Below the pieces are notes generated by a model that searched no databases, was not told the DNA's origin, and saw only the letters and a program-made list of their open reading frames with translations. A program made the position numbers and the translations under genes. 64,000 nt of DNA from Thermoanaerobaculales bacterium. GTDB taxonomy: Bacteria; Acidobacteriota; Thermoanaerobaculia; Thermoanaerobaculales; Sulfomarinibacteraceae. Numbering within the stretch: position 1 is the stretch's first letter; each line of letters begins with the position of its first letter. Below are positions 55,515 to 64,000 of the stretch, one piece after another. The stretch covers positions 4,331 to 68,330 of the forward strand of contig JAZBOQ010000241.1 of the NCBI GenBank assembly GCA_036351195.1, given 5' to 3'.

Positions 55515-57716
55515 ATGAGATTCACGGCTTGCTGGATGATCGTCGTCTCGTCCGCCGCGTGCTGGGCAATGCCCGCGGCGGCCGTCGAGCCTGCAGCCGA
55601 GGAGGACGAGAAAATCGTCCTCGTGCTGTCGGGAGGTGGCGCGAGGGGAACGGCCCACGTCGGAGTGCTCGAGGTGCTCGAGGAGCTCCAAATCGCCCCC
55701 GATCTCATCATCGGCACCAGCATGGGCTCCATCGTCGGCGGCCTCTACGCCGCCGGCTGGTCGCCCGCCGAGATGCGGACACTCCTCGCCGAGATGGACT
55801 GGAACAGGATGTTCTCCGACCACGTGCCGAGGAACCAGAAGTCGTTTCGTCGCAAACAGGACGACCGGCCGATCCTGATCAAAGCGCGTCTTCACTTTCA
55901 GGGCTGGAAGCCCTACCTGCCGCCGGGCATCCTCGGCGGGCAACGCCTCGAGCTCCTCATGGACGCACTCGAAGCGGAGTCGGTGGCGGCCGTTGATCTG
56001 GACCAGCTCAACATTCCCTTCCGCGCGGTCGCCGCCGACCTCAATACCGGCGAGCCGGTGGTCATCGTCGACACCAACCTGGGCACCGCCATGCGGGCCT
56101 CCATGTCGATCCCGGGCGCGTTCTCCCCCGTCGAGCTCGATGGGCGAAGGCTCGTGGACGGCGGTACCGTGGCCAACCTCCCCGTGGTCATCGCCAAGGA
56201 CCTCGGGGCGACGTCGGTGATCGCGGTGGACATCTCCACCCCGCCCGATGCCGTCGAGAGCCTCACTGATTTCTTCTCCATCCTCAATCAGGCCAGCACC
56301 CTCATGTCGCAAGCCAGCCGTGATTTCAACCTCCGGTTGCTCTCCGACGACGATGTCCTCATCGAACCGGATCTCGGCGACATCAGCTTCGTCGACTTCG
56401 ACCGCTCGACGGAGGCGGCCGAGCGGGGGGCCGCGTCGGTTCGCGCCATGGCCGGCGAGCTCCAACGCTTCTCGGTGGACGACCAGGCATGGGAGGCCTT
56501 CCTCGACCGGCAACGGCGGCGGCCCCGCGGCCCGATCACGGTCGACCGCGTGCGCGTCGAGAACTCCGCGCTCATCGACGACGCCATCATTCGCCGAACA
56601 CTCTCCATCGACCCGCCCACAACCTTTGACGCGGAAAGCCTGCTCGACGAGATCATGCGCCTCCACAGCCTCCGTCTCTTCGGGATCATGGACTTCGAGA
56701 TCAGCGACGAGAACGAGCTGGTGCTGACCACGCCGCCCCCGCCCCACGGCAGGGCATCGATCCAGTTCGGCCTTGGTTTCACCGACGACTTCCAGGGCAA
56801 CACCGGCTACACGGTGGCGGTCCGCCACCAGGTGCTCCCCGTCAACCGCCGCGGCGGCGAGTGGCAGAACGTCCTGCAGCTCGGCACCATCGGCATCTTC
56901 GAAAGCAGCTTCTACCAACCCCTCGGCGCCGCCATGCGGTGGTTCATCGAGCCTTCGGCCGGCGTTCGCCGCGACCTCGTCGACGTGTGGTCCGGAGGAC
57001 AGCCGGTGGTCGAATACGAGATCGAGAGTCTCGAAGCGGCCCTCGCCGCCGGCAGGATCTTCGGCAACTGGGGCGAGCTCCGCACCACCGTCTACGCCTC
57101 GGAGTACCGCGCCGAACCCAGAATCGGCAACCCCGCCTTCCCGCCGGATGAGGAACGGGGAGGCGGCTTTCAGATCGACTTTCGGATCGACACCGTGGAC
57201 ACGACGGCCTTCCCTCGCGTGGGCACCGATGCCCTCGCCAGCTACCGGCACTCGTCCAGCGCGCTCGGGGCGGAAGAGCGAACCGAGTTCGCAGCGGCCA
57301 GGATCGGCCACTCCATCAGCTTCGGGCGGAACACCTTCACGCCCTACCTCGAGTACGGTGAAAACGCCGAACCCACCCTGAACTACCTGGACCTGTTCAA
57401 GCTCGGCGGACTCGGGCGTCTTTCCGGTCTCGGCGACAACGAGCTCCTCGGGGAGAAGGTCGCGCTCGCCCGTTTCCTCGCCTATCGGCGCCTCACCGGC
57501 TTTCAGGTCGCCGGCCTCACCGTCGACGTCTACTTCGGGGCGAGCCTCGAGGCCGGCAACGTCTACAACCTCGAGGAGAGCGTCACGGCATCGAGCCTGC
57601 TGACCTCGTGGAGCCTCTTCGCCGGCGCGAACACTCCCCTTGGACCGCTGTACCTGGGCTACGGCAGAACCGAGGGCCGCGGACGGTACTACCTGGCGGT
57701 CGGGGATCATTTCTAG
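55515..57716 (+). CDS. Patatin-like phospholipase fused to POTRA/Omp85 beta-barrel (PlpD-like, type Vd autotransporter architecture)
   Basis: 'LVLSGGGARGTAHVGVL', 'GTSMGSIVGG' (nucleophile Ser), 'LVDGGTVANLP' (Asp). The C-terminal ~350 aa show an alternating beta pattern ending in '..YYLAVGDHF'. Signal peptide from ATG 55515. Confidence 0.8.
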   Translation: MRFTACWMIVVSSAACWAMPAAAVEPAAEEDEKIVLVLSGGGARGTAHVGVLEVLEELQIAPDLIIGTSMGSIVGGLYAAGWSPAEMRTLLAEMDWNRMFSDHVPRNQKSFRRKQDDRPILIKARLHFQGWKPYLPPGILGGQRLELLMDALEAESVAAVDLDQLNIPFRAVAADLNTGEPVVIVDTNLGTAMRASMSIPGAFSPVELDGRRLVDGGTVANLPVVIAKDLGATSVIAVDISTPPDAVESLTDFFSILNQASTLMSQASRDFNLRLLSDDDVLIEPDLGDISFVDFDRSTEAAERGAASVRAMAGELQRFSVDDQAWEAFLDRQRRRPRGPITVDRVRVENSALIDDAIIRRTLSIDPPTTFDAESLLDEIMRLHSLRLFGIMDFEISDENELVLTTPPPPHGRASIQFGLGFTDDFQGNTGYTVAVRHQVLPVNRRGGEWQNVLQLGTIGIFESSFYQPLGAAMRWFIEPSAGVRRDLVDVWSGGQPVVEYEIESLEAALAAGRIFGNWGELRTTVYASEYRAEPRIGNPAFPPDEERGGGFQIDFRIDTVDTTAFPRVGTDALASYRHSSSALGAEERTEFAAARIGHSISFGRNTFTPYLEYGENAEPTLNYLDLFKLGGLGRLSGLGDNELLGEKVALARFLAYRRLTGFQVAGLTVDVYFGASLEAGNVYNLEESVTASSLLTSWSLFAGANTPLGPLYLGYGRTEGRGRYYLAVGDHF

Positions 57717-57748
57717 AAACGTATACTGGGAAACGCTCGAATTGTAAG

Positions 57749-60487
57749 GTGGTCACCCTGATCGACTCCGACGAGCACTCCGACATCGACACCGTCTGTC
57801 CGGTCACCGGTCTCCCGGTCATCCGGCGGAAGGAGTGGAGCAACGTCCCACTGGACGACAACTACTGGACCTCGGTAGAGCTCATCGGCCGCAACATCCT
57901 TCACAGCATTCCGAGCGGCCATGCCACCGGTCCCGGCGCCGCGACGGCGAACGAGCTCCAGAGAGCGGCCATCGCCCACGGCATCGAGCCCGGAGCCCCC
58001 TACGTCCACATCTCCGACTACTCGAACCTCGACCGCGCCACCCTCGAAGCCCGGCGGGTCTTCGCCACCGACCTCCGCTCGAGAAGCGGCCTCACGGGCG
58101 TCGTCTTCTACAAGACGTCGCCGCTGTTCATGCTCTCCATCCGGCTCGGCAGGCGGTTCCTCGGCCTTCCGGTGGCGGTGGAGACCCTTCCGGACTACAA
58201 CGCGGCGATTCGCCGTGCCCTGGAGATCCTCCACGCCCATGGAGTCAAGGACCTGCCCGGCGGCCGGGTTCCGGCGTCTGAGGACCATCGACGGGAATCC
58301 GGTGTTCTGGACATCGACGGCTACCACGTCCAATACCGAGTGTTGGAGAAACACATCGTGCTCGGCGCATCCTCGGGATACCTCGGCATCGAGCAGATGA
58401 GGCGCAACATCGAGCTGGAGAACATGATCCTCGCCTCCATGGACCGCAGTGAAGTGGCTCCGGCGATGGTCGTCGACATGTCAAACCTCAAAGGGATCTC
58501 GAGCGCAGCTCGGCGCACCTTCATCGCGAACCTCAAGCGCCGCCAGGAGGTCTCCCCCGTCGGTCTCTACGTCTGCCACTCGGTGAGCCCGAAGAATCGA
58601 GCGATCATCAATCTCGCCCGGCCGTTCCTCCCCGTCCGGGTCCGCGTCGCCCACGACGAAACCGAGGCGCTCGAGATCGCCCGTGCGGGAGTCTCGGCTC
58701 CAGCGAAACGCGTCGGCCGAATTCAGTCCGCGTTCTCCATTGCCGGCACGCGAAGACAGGGGGCCCAGCGCAACCACATCGATGATTTTCTCGAGCTCAT
58801 GTCCAGCATCGAGTGGGAGGTCGAGGGGCCGGTGGATGCCGCCTGGAAGCACCCGCCGGACCACCCTCTCGCCCCGCTGGTCGACGCCCTCGAGCTCATC
58901 AAGGCAGATGTCACCGAGCTCTTCCGCACCAGGAGACAGACCGAGGCCGCGCTGCGAGCCAGTGAGGAACGGTACCGGAGCATCCTCGACTCCATTGTCG
59001 ACGGCTACTACGAGATCGACTTCACCGGCCGCCTGCTCTTTTGCAATGACGCCCTGCTTCGGATCTTCGGCTACACCCGCTCCGAGTCCCTGGAGACCGA
59101 TGCGAAGCTGCTCATGGACGATTCCAACCGCTCGGTGGCCATCGGCACCTTTCAAAAGGTCTACGAGAGCGGCAGGCCCGCCCATACCGGCGACTGGGAA
59201 ATGTTGCGCAAGGACGGGACATCCATCAACGTCGAGGCCTCCATTTCGCTGATCGCCGACCAGGACGGCACGCCGACAGGCTTTCGCGGCATCATCCGAG
59301 ACATCAGCCGCCGTGTCCGCACCGCGCGCGAGAAGGCCGACCTGGAAGCCCAGCTGCAGCGATCACAGCGGATGGAGGCCATCGGCACCCTGGCCGGGGG
59401 CATCGCCCACAACTTCAACAACCTGCTCATGGGCATCCAGGGCAACGTGTCCCTGCTCCAGCGAGAGCTTCCCCCGGACAGCCCACACCTGAGCCGCCTG
59501 GAAACCGTCGAGGGCCTGGTGGAGGGCGGTTCGCGGCTCACGAGCCAGCTCCTGGGGTACGCCAGAGCGGGCCAGGTGGACGTCCGGACGGTGGACCTCA
59601 ACTCGCTGGTTGTCGACACCGCCGAAACCTTCGGTCTCACTCGCCGCGAGTACCGCATTCACACCGATCTGACCGCGGAATGCCTGCCCATCGCCGTGGA
59701 TGCGGCCCAGATCGACCAGGCTCTGCTCAATCTCCTGATCAACGCGGCCGACGCCATGCCGGGAGGCGGCGACATCACCATCACCAGCCGGCGCGCGCCC
59801 CACAGCGAGCTCCGCACCGACGCCGCACACGCCACCAAAGGAGAGTACGCGGTGGTCTCCGTCCGTGACACGGGGTGCGGCATGGACGACGAGACCATGG
59901 AGCACATCTTCGAACCCTTCTTCACCACCAAGGGCATGACCGGGGGCACCGGTCTCGGGCTGGCCTCGACCTACGGCATCATCCGCGCCCACCGCGGGTT
60001 CATCGATGTTCGTTCTACGCTCGGAGGAGGCTCGACGTTCAGCTTCTCCTTCCCCATCGCGGGCGACGCACCCCTCCCCGAGGAAGAGGCCCACGAAAGC
60101 CCGGTCTCCGGCGAGGGGACCATTCTCGTCGTCGAGGACGACGAGGCGGTTCTCGACGCCTGCTCTTCCATGCTCTCGATGCTCAACTACACCCCGATCT
60201 GCGCAGCAGGCGGCGGCGAGGCCATCGAGATCTTCCGCCAACGTCACGACGAGATCGATCTGGTGGTCCTCGACCTGATCCTCGCCGATCTCAGCGGGGC
60301 CAAGGTCTTCGACGCCATCCGGGAGATCGAGTCTTCAGCGCGTGTCCTCCTGTCGAGCGGCTACAGCATCGACGGCGAAGCGGCCGGTCTCTTGGAACGA
60401 GGGTGCGACGACTTCATTCAGAAACCCTTCACCATTCAGCAGATTTCGCGCAAGCTCGAGATCCTCCTCCGCAAGACTGACGAGTGA
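57749..60487 (+). CDS. Hybrid sensor histidine kinase / response regulator with a duplicated, non-membrane N-terminal domain
   Basis: PAS 'EERYRSILDSIVDGYYEIDFTGRLLFCNDA'. HisKA 'RMEAIGTLAGGIAHNFNNLL'. HATPase 'GTGLGLASTYGIIRAHRGFI'. Receiver 'ILVVEDDEAVL..DLVVLDLILAD..LLSSGY'. GTG 57749 chosen because the upstream in-frame part overlaps the previous gene. Confidence 0.8.
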   Translation: MVTLIDSDEHSDIDTVCPVTGLPVIRRKEWSNVPLDDNYWTSVELIGRNILHSIPSGHATGPGAATANELQRAAIAHGIEPGAPYVHISDYSNLDRATLEARRVFATDLRSRSGLTGVVFYKTSPLFMLSIRLGRRFLGLPVAVETLPDYNAAIRRALEILHAHGVKDLPGGRVPASEDHRRESGVLDIDGYHVQYRVLEKHIVLGASSGYLGIEQMRRNIELENMILASMDRSEVAPAMVVDMSNLKGISSAARRTFIANLKRRQEVSPVGLYVCHSVSPKNRAIINLARPFLPVRVRVAHDETEALEIARAGVSAPAKRVGRIQSAFSIAGTRRQGAQRNHIDDFLELMSSIEWEVEGPVDAAWKHPPDHPLAPLVDALELIKADVTELFRTRRQTEAALRASEERYRSILDSIVDGYYEIDFTGRLLFCNDALLRIFGYTRSESLETDAKLLMDDSNRSVAIGTFQKVYESGRPAHTGDWEMLRKDGTSINVEASISLIADQDGTPTGFRGIIRDISRRVRTAREKADLEAQLQRSQRMEAIGTLAGGIAHNFNNLLMGIQGNVSLLQRELPPDSPHLSRLETVEGLVEGGSRLTSQLLGYARAGQVDVRTVDLNSLVVDTAETFGLTRREYRIHTDLTAECLPIAVDAAQIDQALLNLLINAADAMPGGGDITITSRRAPHSELRTDAAHATKGEYAVVSVRDTGCGMDDETMEHIFEPFFTTKGMTGGTGLGLASTYGIIRAHRGFIDVRSTLGGGSTFSFSFPIAGDAPLPEEEAHESPVSGEGTILVVEDDEAVLDACSSMLSMLNYTPICAAGGGEAIEIFRQRHDEIDLVVLDLILADLSGAKVFDAIREIESSARVLLSSGYSIDGEAAGLLERGCDDFIQKPFTIQQISRKLEILLRKTDE

Positions 60488-60523
60488 CGAGCTGCATCAC
60501 CACGAGTCATCCGAATGCGATGC

Positions 60524-60599
60524 AACTCATAACTCATAACTCATAACTATGGTTCATCCCGCCACTTGCGGGATGAACCTTAACTCTCAACTCTCAACC
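60524..60599. repeat. AACTCAT-flanked hairpin element, copy 2
   Basis: 'aactcataactcataactcataact', 'atGGTTCATCCCGCCACTTGCGGGATGAACC' (hairpin 60551-60579), 'ttaactctcaactctcaacc'. Relative to copy 1, the stem carries an A:T to T:A swap (compensatory). Lies between convergent genes and touches the ADH stop codon. Confidence 0.7.
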
Positions 60600-61607
60600 G
60601 ACCGAGATACAGATCTTCCCGAAGTGCCCGGCCTCGGCCATGCACTTCAAGGCTTCCGGAGCGTCGTCGAACCCGAAAACGCGATCGACCACCGGCTTCA
60701 GCCGATGGGCGTCGATGGCGCGGTTCATCCTCACGAAGGCCTCCCGCGAACCGACGAGAATACCCTGCAGGCGAACCTGCTGCATCAGGATCGGAATGAT
60801 GTTGATCTCCGACGAGATCCCCGACAGCACCCCGATGACCGAGACATCGCCGCCGACCCGCACCGCTTTGAGAGACTGTTCCAGGGTTCCGGCGCCGCCC
60901 ACCTCGACCACGTGGTCCACACCGACGCCGCCGGTGAGCTTGCGGGCCGTCCGGCTCCAGGCCGGATCCTCGGCGTAGTTGATGGTCGCAAACGCGCCCA
61001 TCTCCGTCGCCCGCTCCAGCTTGGCATCGGAGCTCGAGGTGACGATGACCCTCGCGCCGAGCAACTGCGCGAACTGGAGGGCGAAGACCGACACCCCGCC
61101 GGTTCCCTGCACCAGGACCACATCGCCGGCGCTCACCGAGCCCTGCTCGGCGAGGGCGCTCCACGCGGTCAGCCCCGCGCACGTCAGGGTGGCGCCTTCG
61201 GCATCGGAGAGATGCCCGGGCACCGGAACGACGCCACCGGCCGGCACGACCAACCGCTCGGCCAGGGTTCCGTCGATGGGACCGCCCATCGTCCCCCGGA
61301 TCTTGTCCGCGTCGGGGGGACCGCCCTCCCAGGTCTGAAAGAAGCAGGTGGCGACGCGGTCGCCGACGGCGATCCCCGACACTCCCTCTCCCAGCGACGT
61401 GACCACACCCACTCCGTCGGAGCACGGTATCAGCGGCAGCGGCTGGCGCGGATTGTAGTGGCCACGCACCATCATCAGGTCGCGGTAGTTGACGGACATG
61501 GCCCGCATCTCAAGGCTCACCTGCCCCGGTCCGGGCTCGGGGTCCGGCCTCTCGGCGGGCCGGAGGTTGTCGAGTCCGAAGCTGTCCTGAATCTCGAATA
61601 CGCGCAT
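60594..61607 (-). CDS. Medium-chain (zinc-type/quinone oxidoreductase-like) NAD(P)-dependent dehydrogenase
   Basis: 'MRVFEIQD..', 'VSLEMRAMSVNYRDLMMVRG', Rossmann motif 'VLVQGTGGVSVFALQFAQLLGARV'. 337 aa. Confidence 0.8.
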   Translation of the reverse strand: MRVFEIQDSFGLDNLRPAERPDPEPGPGQVSLEMRAMSVNYRDLMMVRGHYNPRQPLPLIPCSDGVGVVTSLGEGVSGIAVGDRVATCFFQTWEGGPPDADKIRGTMGGPIDGTLAERLVVPAGGVVPVPGHLSDAEGATLTCAGLTAWSALAEQGSVSAGDVVLVQGTGGVSVFALQFAQLLGARVIVTSSSDAKLERATEMGAFATINYAEDPAWSRTARKLTGGVGVDHVVEVGGAGTLEQSLKAVRVGGDVSVIGVLSGISSEINIIPILMQQVRLQGILVGSREAFVRMNRAIDAHRLKPVVDRVFGFDDAPEALKCMAEAGHFGKICISVG

Positions 61608-61663
61608 GTGTCCTCCCGTGAGCTCGTGAATCGGGAGTCAATTCTACGCCACCCGGGTGCCGG

Positions 61664-62986
61664 TTACGGCTTCCTCCCGTAGACGAGATCGTCGGCCCGG
61701 AGCATCAGACTCCGTGTGCCCGGCGAGATCTGAAGCGCCCTCCGCACCAGGTTGTGCATCCAGTTGTCGGGGTGCGAGTAGGGACAGACCTTCATGCAGG
61801 TCGCGCAGTCGGTCCCGACGACGTTCCAGTAGCGGAAGCACGTCTCGTCATCGATGATCCAGCGCCGGCCGTCGGTCTCCTCGCTGCGGTCGCCGAGGGG
61901 GATGGCCCCCACCGGGCAGCTGACGGCGCACTTCCTGCAGATCGAGCAGAAGTCGAGGACGGTGGTGTCGTCGCTCGGGGTGTCGGGGACCAGCGGACAC
62001 TCGGTGGTCACGACGCCGATGCGGACCCTCGGCCCGAGCATCGGGGTCATGAGCAGGCCCATCCGTCCGATCTCGCCGAGGCCGGCGGCGCGGGCGACGA
62101 GGGGGGCGATGACGCGGTAGTTGCCGTCGATGTGGGCCCGGGCGGGCCAACCCAGCTCCCGAATCATCGCAGCGAGCTGGATGGCGATCTTCGCAGCCTC
62201 CACGTACTGCCGGGCCGACTCGGCGACCACCGGCGCCTCGGGTGCCCACGCCACCGCCCGGTGGTCCATCTCGACGGTGAACGCGATCGCCGACCCGTGG
62301 TCGAGCTCGATCTCGGAGCCCCAGACACCGGTTCCGCGCCCGACATGGGTGTAGATCTGCTCCGGTTCCAGCGCGGCCACACCGACATCCACCGCACCCC
62401 AGTCGAGGGCCGTTCGCTTGAGCAACGCGGTCAGCTCCCCGGCGCTTCGTCCGCAGCGCCGCTCCGCCACCGGTCCGTTCACCGAGTCCCTCAATGCCTC
62501 GGTGATTTCGAAGGCGGCATCGGCGGCGGCGAACGCCACCGGCTCGGCTTTCTCGGCATCGCGAGAGAGCAGACCCGGCAGCGACCGGGTTCGATCGTCC
62601 CCGGCACGGTTTTCCGGGCGCAGCTCGTAGTAGGCGTCGAACTCAACGCTGCCTGGCCGCAAACGCTTGCGGGCGAACATGATGTCGCGCTCGTCCACCC
62701 GGCGGGAGGGTCGGCCTGCCCCGGCGACGGGCCGCCGCAGCGGCAGCAGACAACGAACGGCGATCGCAGCGACCGCAATTGCCAGAAGGCCGTTGACGAC
62801 GGGTACCGCGGAGGGCACGAGCACCGGTGCGGCGACCAGCAGCGCGCCCGCCGCCAGAGCTGCGACGGCGAACACCCGGGCGGCGCGGCCCTCGCCCTCG
62901 CGCCACGAGACCACGGTAAAGGCGATCAGCGCGAGGGTTGCGACAAGGCCCATCACCACTGGAATCACCGTCGCGAGCTCCTTCAT
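61664..62986 (-). CDS. Membrane-anchored reductive-dehalogenase/QueG-superfamily Fe-S protein
   Basis: N-terminal TM helices. Two ferredoxin-type clusters at the C-terminus, 'CSICRKCAVSCPVGAI' and 'CATCMKVCPYS'. The preceding ~250 aa resemble the RdhA/QueG catalytic body. Substrate not inferable. Confidence 0.55.
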   Translation of the reverse strand: MKELATVIPVVMGLVATLALIAFTVVSWREGEGRAARVFAVAALAAGALLVAAPVLVPSAVPVVNGLLAIAVAAIAVRCLLPLRRPVAGAGRPSRRVDERDIMFARKRLRPGSVEFDAYYELRPENRAGDDRTRSLPGLLSRDAEKAEPVAFAAADAAFEITEALRDSVNGPVAERRCGRSAGELTALLKRTALDWGAVDVGVAALEPEQIYTHVGRGTGVWGSEIELDHGSAIAFTVEMDHRAVAWAPEAPVVAESARQYVEAAKIAIQLAAMIRELGWPARAHIDGNYRVIAPLVARAAGLGEIGRMGLLMTPMLGPRVRIGVVTTECPLVPDTPSDDTTVLDFCSICRKCAVSCPVGAIPLGDRSEETDGRRWIIDDETCFRYWNVVGTDCATCMKVCPYSHPDNWMHNLVRRALQISPGTRSLMLRADDLVYGRKP

Positions 62987-63083
62987 CGAGTCACCCTACC
63001 ACGAAGGCGTTCGACGTGGTCCGACGTCATTGACGGCCCCTCGGCCCGATGGTAGCGTCGGTCCGAGGGAGAGCCGGCGGGCC

Positions 63084-64000
63084 ATGGCGGATCAACAGCA
63101 CGACACCGAGGACCGGACCAGAACCATGCTCGGTCCCGGCGGAGGCCCGCCGGGCGGTGTCGGCGGCAACGCCATTCTGATCCTCATCGCCCACCCCGGC
63201 GGCGACGGGCTCGGCTCCCGAACGAGGTTCACCCTCGGCTCGACCCTGGCCATCGGGCGCGACTCCGAGTGCGAGCTCGCCTTCCCCGAGGTGCCCTCTC
63301 TTTCCCGCTGCCACGCCCGGATCCGATTCGGCGAGTCGGGCGTGGTGGTTGCAGATCTCGGCAGCACCAACGGCACCTTCGTCAACGACCGCCGGGTCAT
63401 GGACTCGATGCGGCTGGCCACCGGCGACCGGATCCAGTTCGGCGCGCTGCACTTCAAGTTCTTTCGCGAAGAAGACGTGGAAGCCGCCTACCACGAGGCC
63501 ATCCACCACCTCGTCATGCAGGACGGACTCACGGAGATCGGCAACCGGAGGCGGTTCGAAGATGAGCTCGCCAGGGAGTTCGCACGCGCCCAACGGCACG
63601 AACGACCACTGGCCGTGGTTGTCTTCGACATCGACCACTTCAAGGCCATCAACGACTCCATGGGCCACCTGTGCGGCGACTTCGTGCTCAAGCGGTTGGC
63701 TCGCATCTGCAGCCGACGCCTCCGGCCCGAGCAGGTCTTCGCACGAATCGGCGGCGACGAGTTCGCCATCCTCAGCCCGGAAACCGCCCTCGCGGGGGCG
63801 AAGACCATGGCCCACCGGCTCTGCCGGTCGGTGGCGGAGCACAGCTTCGAGACCGACATGGTTCCCGAGCCCTTCCAGGTGACCTGCTCGTTCGGCTGCG
63901 CCGAGCTCGACGCGGGGATGACCGCCGAGAGGGATCTCCTCGACGCCGCCGATCGGGCCCTCTACGAGGCCAAGGAGAGCGGACGCAATCAGGTCGGCTC
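63084..64000 (+). CDS. FHA-domain diguanylate cyclase (GGDEF), 3'-truncated by the window end
   Basis: My own translation from ATG 63084 (not in the ORF track because no stop falls inside the window). FHA 'LAIGRDSECELAFPEVPSLSRCHARIRF..DLGSTNGTFVNDRRV'. GGDEF 'DGLTEIGNRRRFEDEL', 'VVVFDIDHFKAINDSMGH', 'RIGGDEFAIL', 'ALYEAKESGRNQV'. Confidence 0.8.
   Translation, partial: MADQQHDTEDRTRTMLGPGGGPPGGVGGNAILILIAHPGGDGLGSRTRFTLGSTLAIGRDSECELAFPEVPSLSRCHARIRFGESGVVVADLGSTNGTFVNDRRVMDSMRLATGDRIQFGALHFKFFREEDVEAAYHEAIHHLVMQDGLTEIGNRRRFEDELAREFARAQRHERPLAVVVFDIDHFKAINDSMGHLCGDFVLKRLARICSRRLRPEQVFARIGGDEFAILSPETALAGAKTMAHRLCRSVAEHSFETDMVPEPFQVTCSFGCAELDAGMTAERDLLDAADRALYEAKESGRNQVG

Overview
High-GC (about two-thirds G+C by eye) bacterial chromosomal window. 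There are no rRNA or tRNA genes, CRISPR arrays, transposases or integrases. Taxon cannot be assigned from sequence alone; GWxTD, IPTL-CTERM and DUF11 proteins suggest an uncultured Gram-negative lineage. Supported content, in order: a DUF3343-SelD fusion; a vapBC toxin-antitoxin cassette next to a relic 3' end of a SpoU methyltransferase gene, plus the intact gene; aminotransferase and pckA; M1 peptidase; HU; NUDIX; a Bcp-type peroxiredoxin whose peroxidatic Cys codon is an in-frame TGA followed by a SECIS-like hairpin; an MscS module; a 3450-aa DUF11-repeat surface protein with an IPTL-CTERM tail; a sensor kinase; a TolC-MFP-RND efflux operon followed by DUF2892, a P-II-like protein and a tiny membrane ORF; a GWxTD protein; a TetR-headed microcompartment (BMC) operon with RpiB, DeoC and acylating aldehyde dehydrogenase; a cytochrome b / Rieske / multihaem-TPR / TSUP operon; rubredoxin-GltS-like plus rubrerythrin; a C25 peptidase; a PlpD-like patatin autotransporter; a hybrid kinase; ADH; an RdhA-like Fe-S protein; and a partial FHA-GGDEF gene. 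Three signals stand out. (1) A selenium theme: SelD fusion, Sec-peroxiredoxin, and a second candidate UGA-recoded mini-ORF whose hairpin sits at the same spacing from the UGA. (2) A compact sugar-phosphate-type BMC locus in which all three enzymes carry N-terminal targeting-helix-like extensions and no phosphotransacylase is visible. (3) Several families of long structured palindromic intergenic repeats, two of which show compensatory base changes between copies. All calls come from reading the translations and nucleotides. No database search was run.
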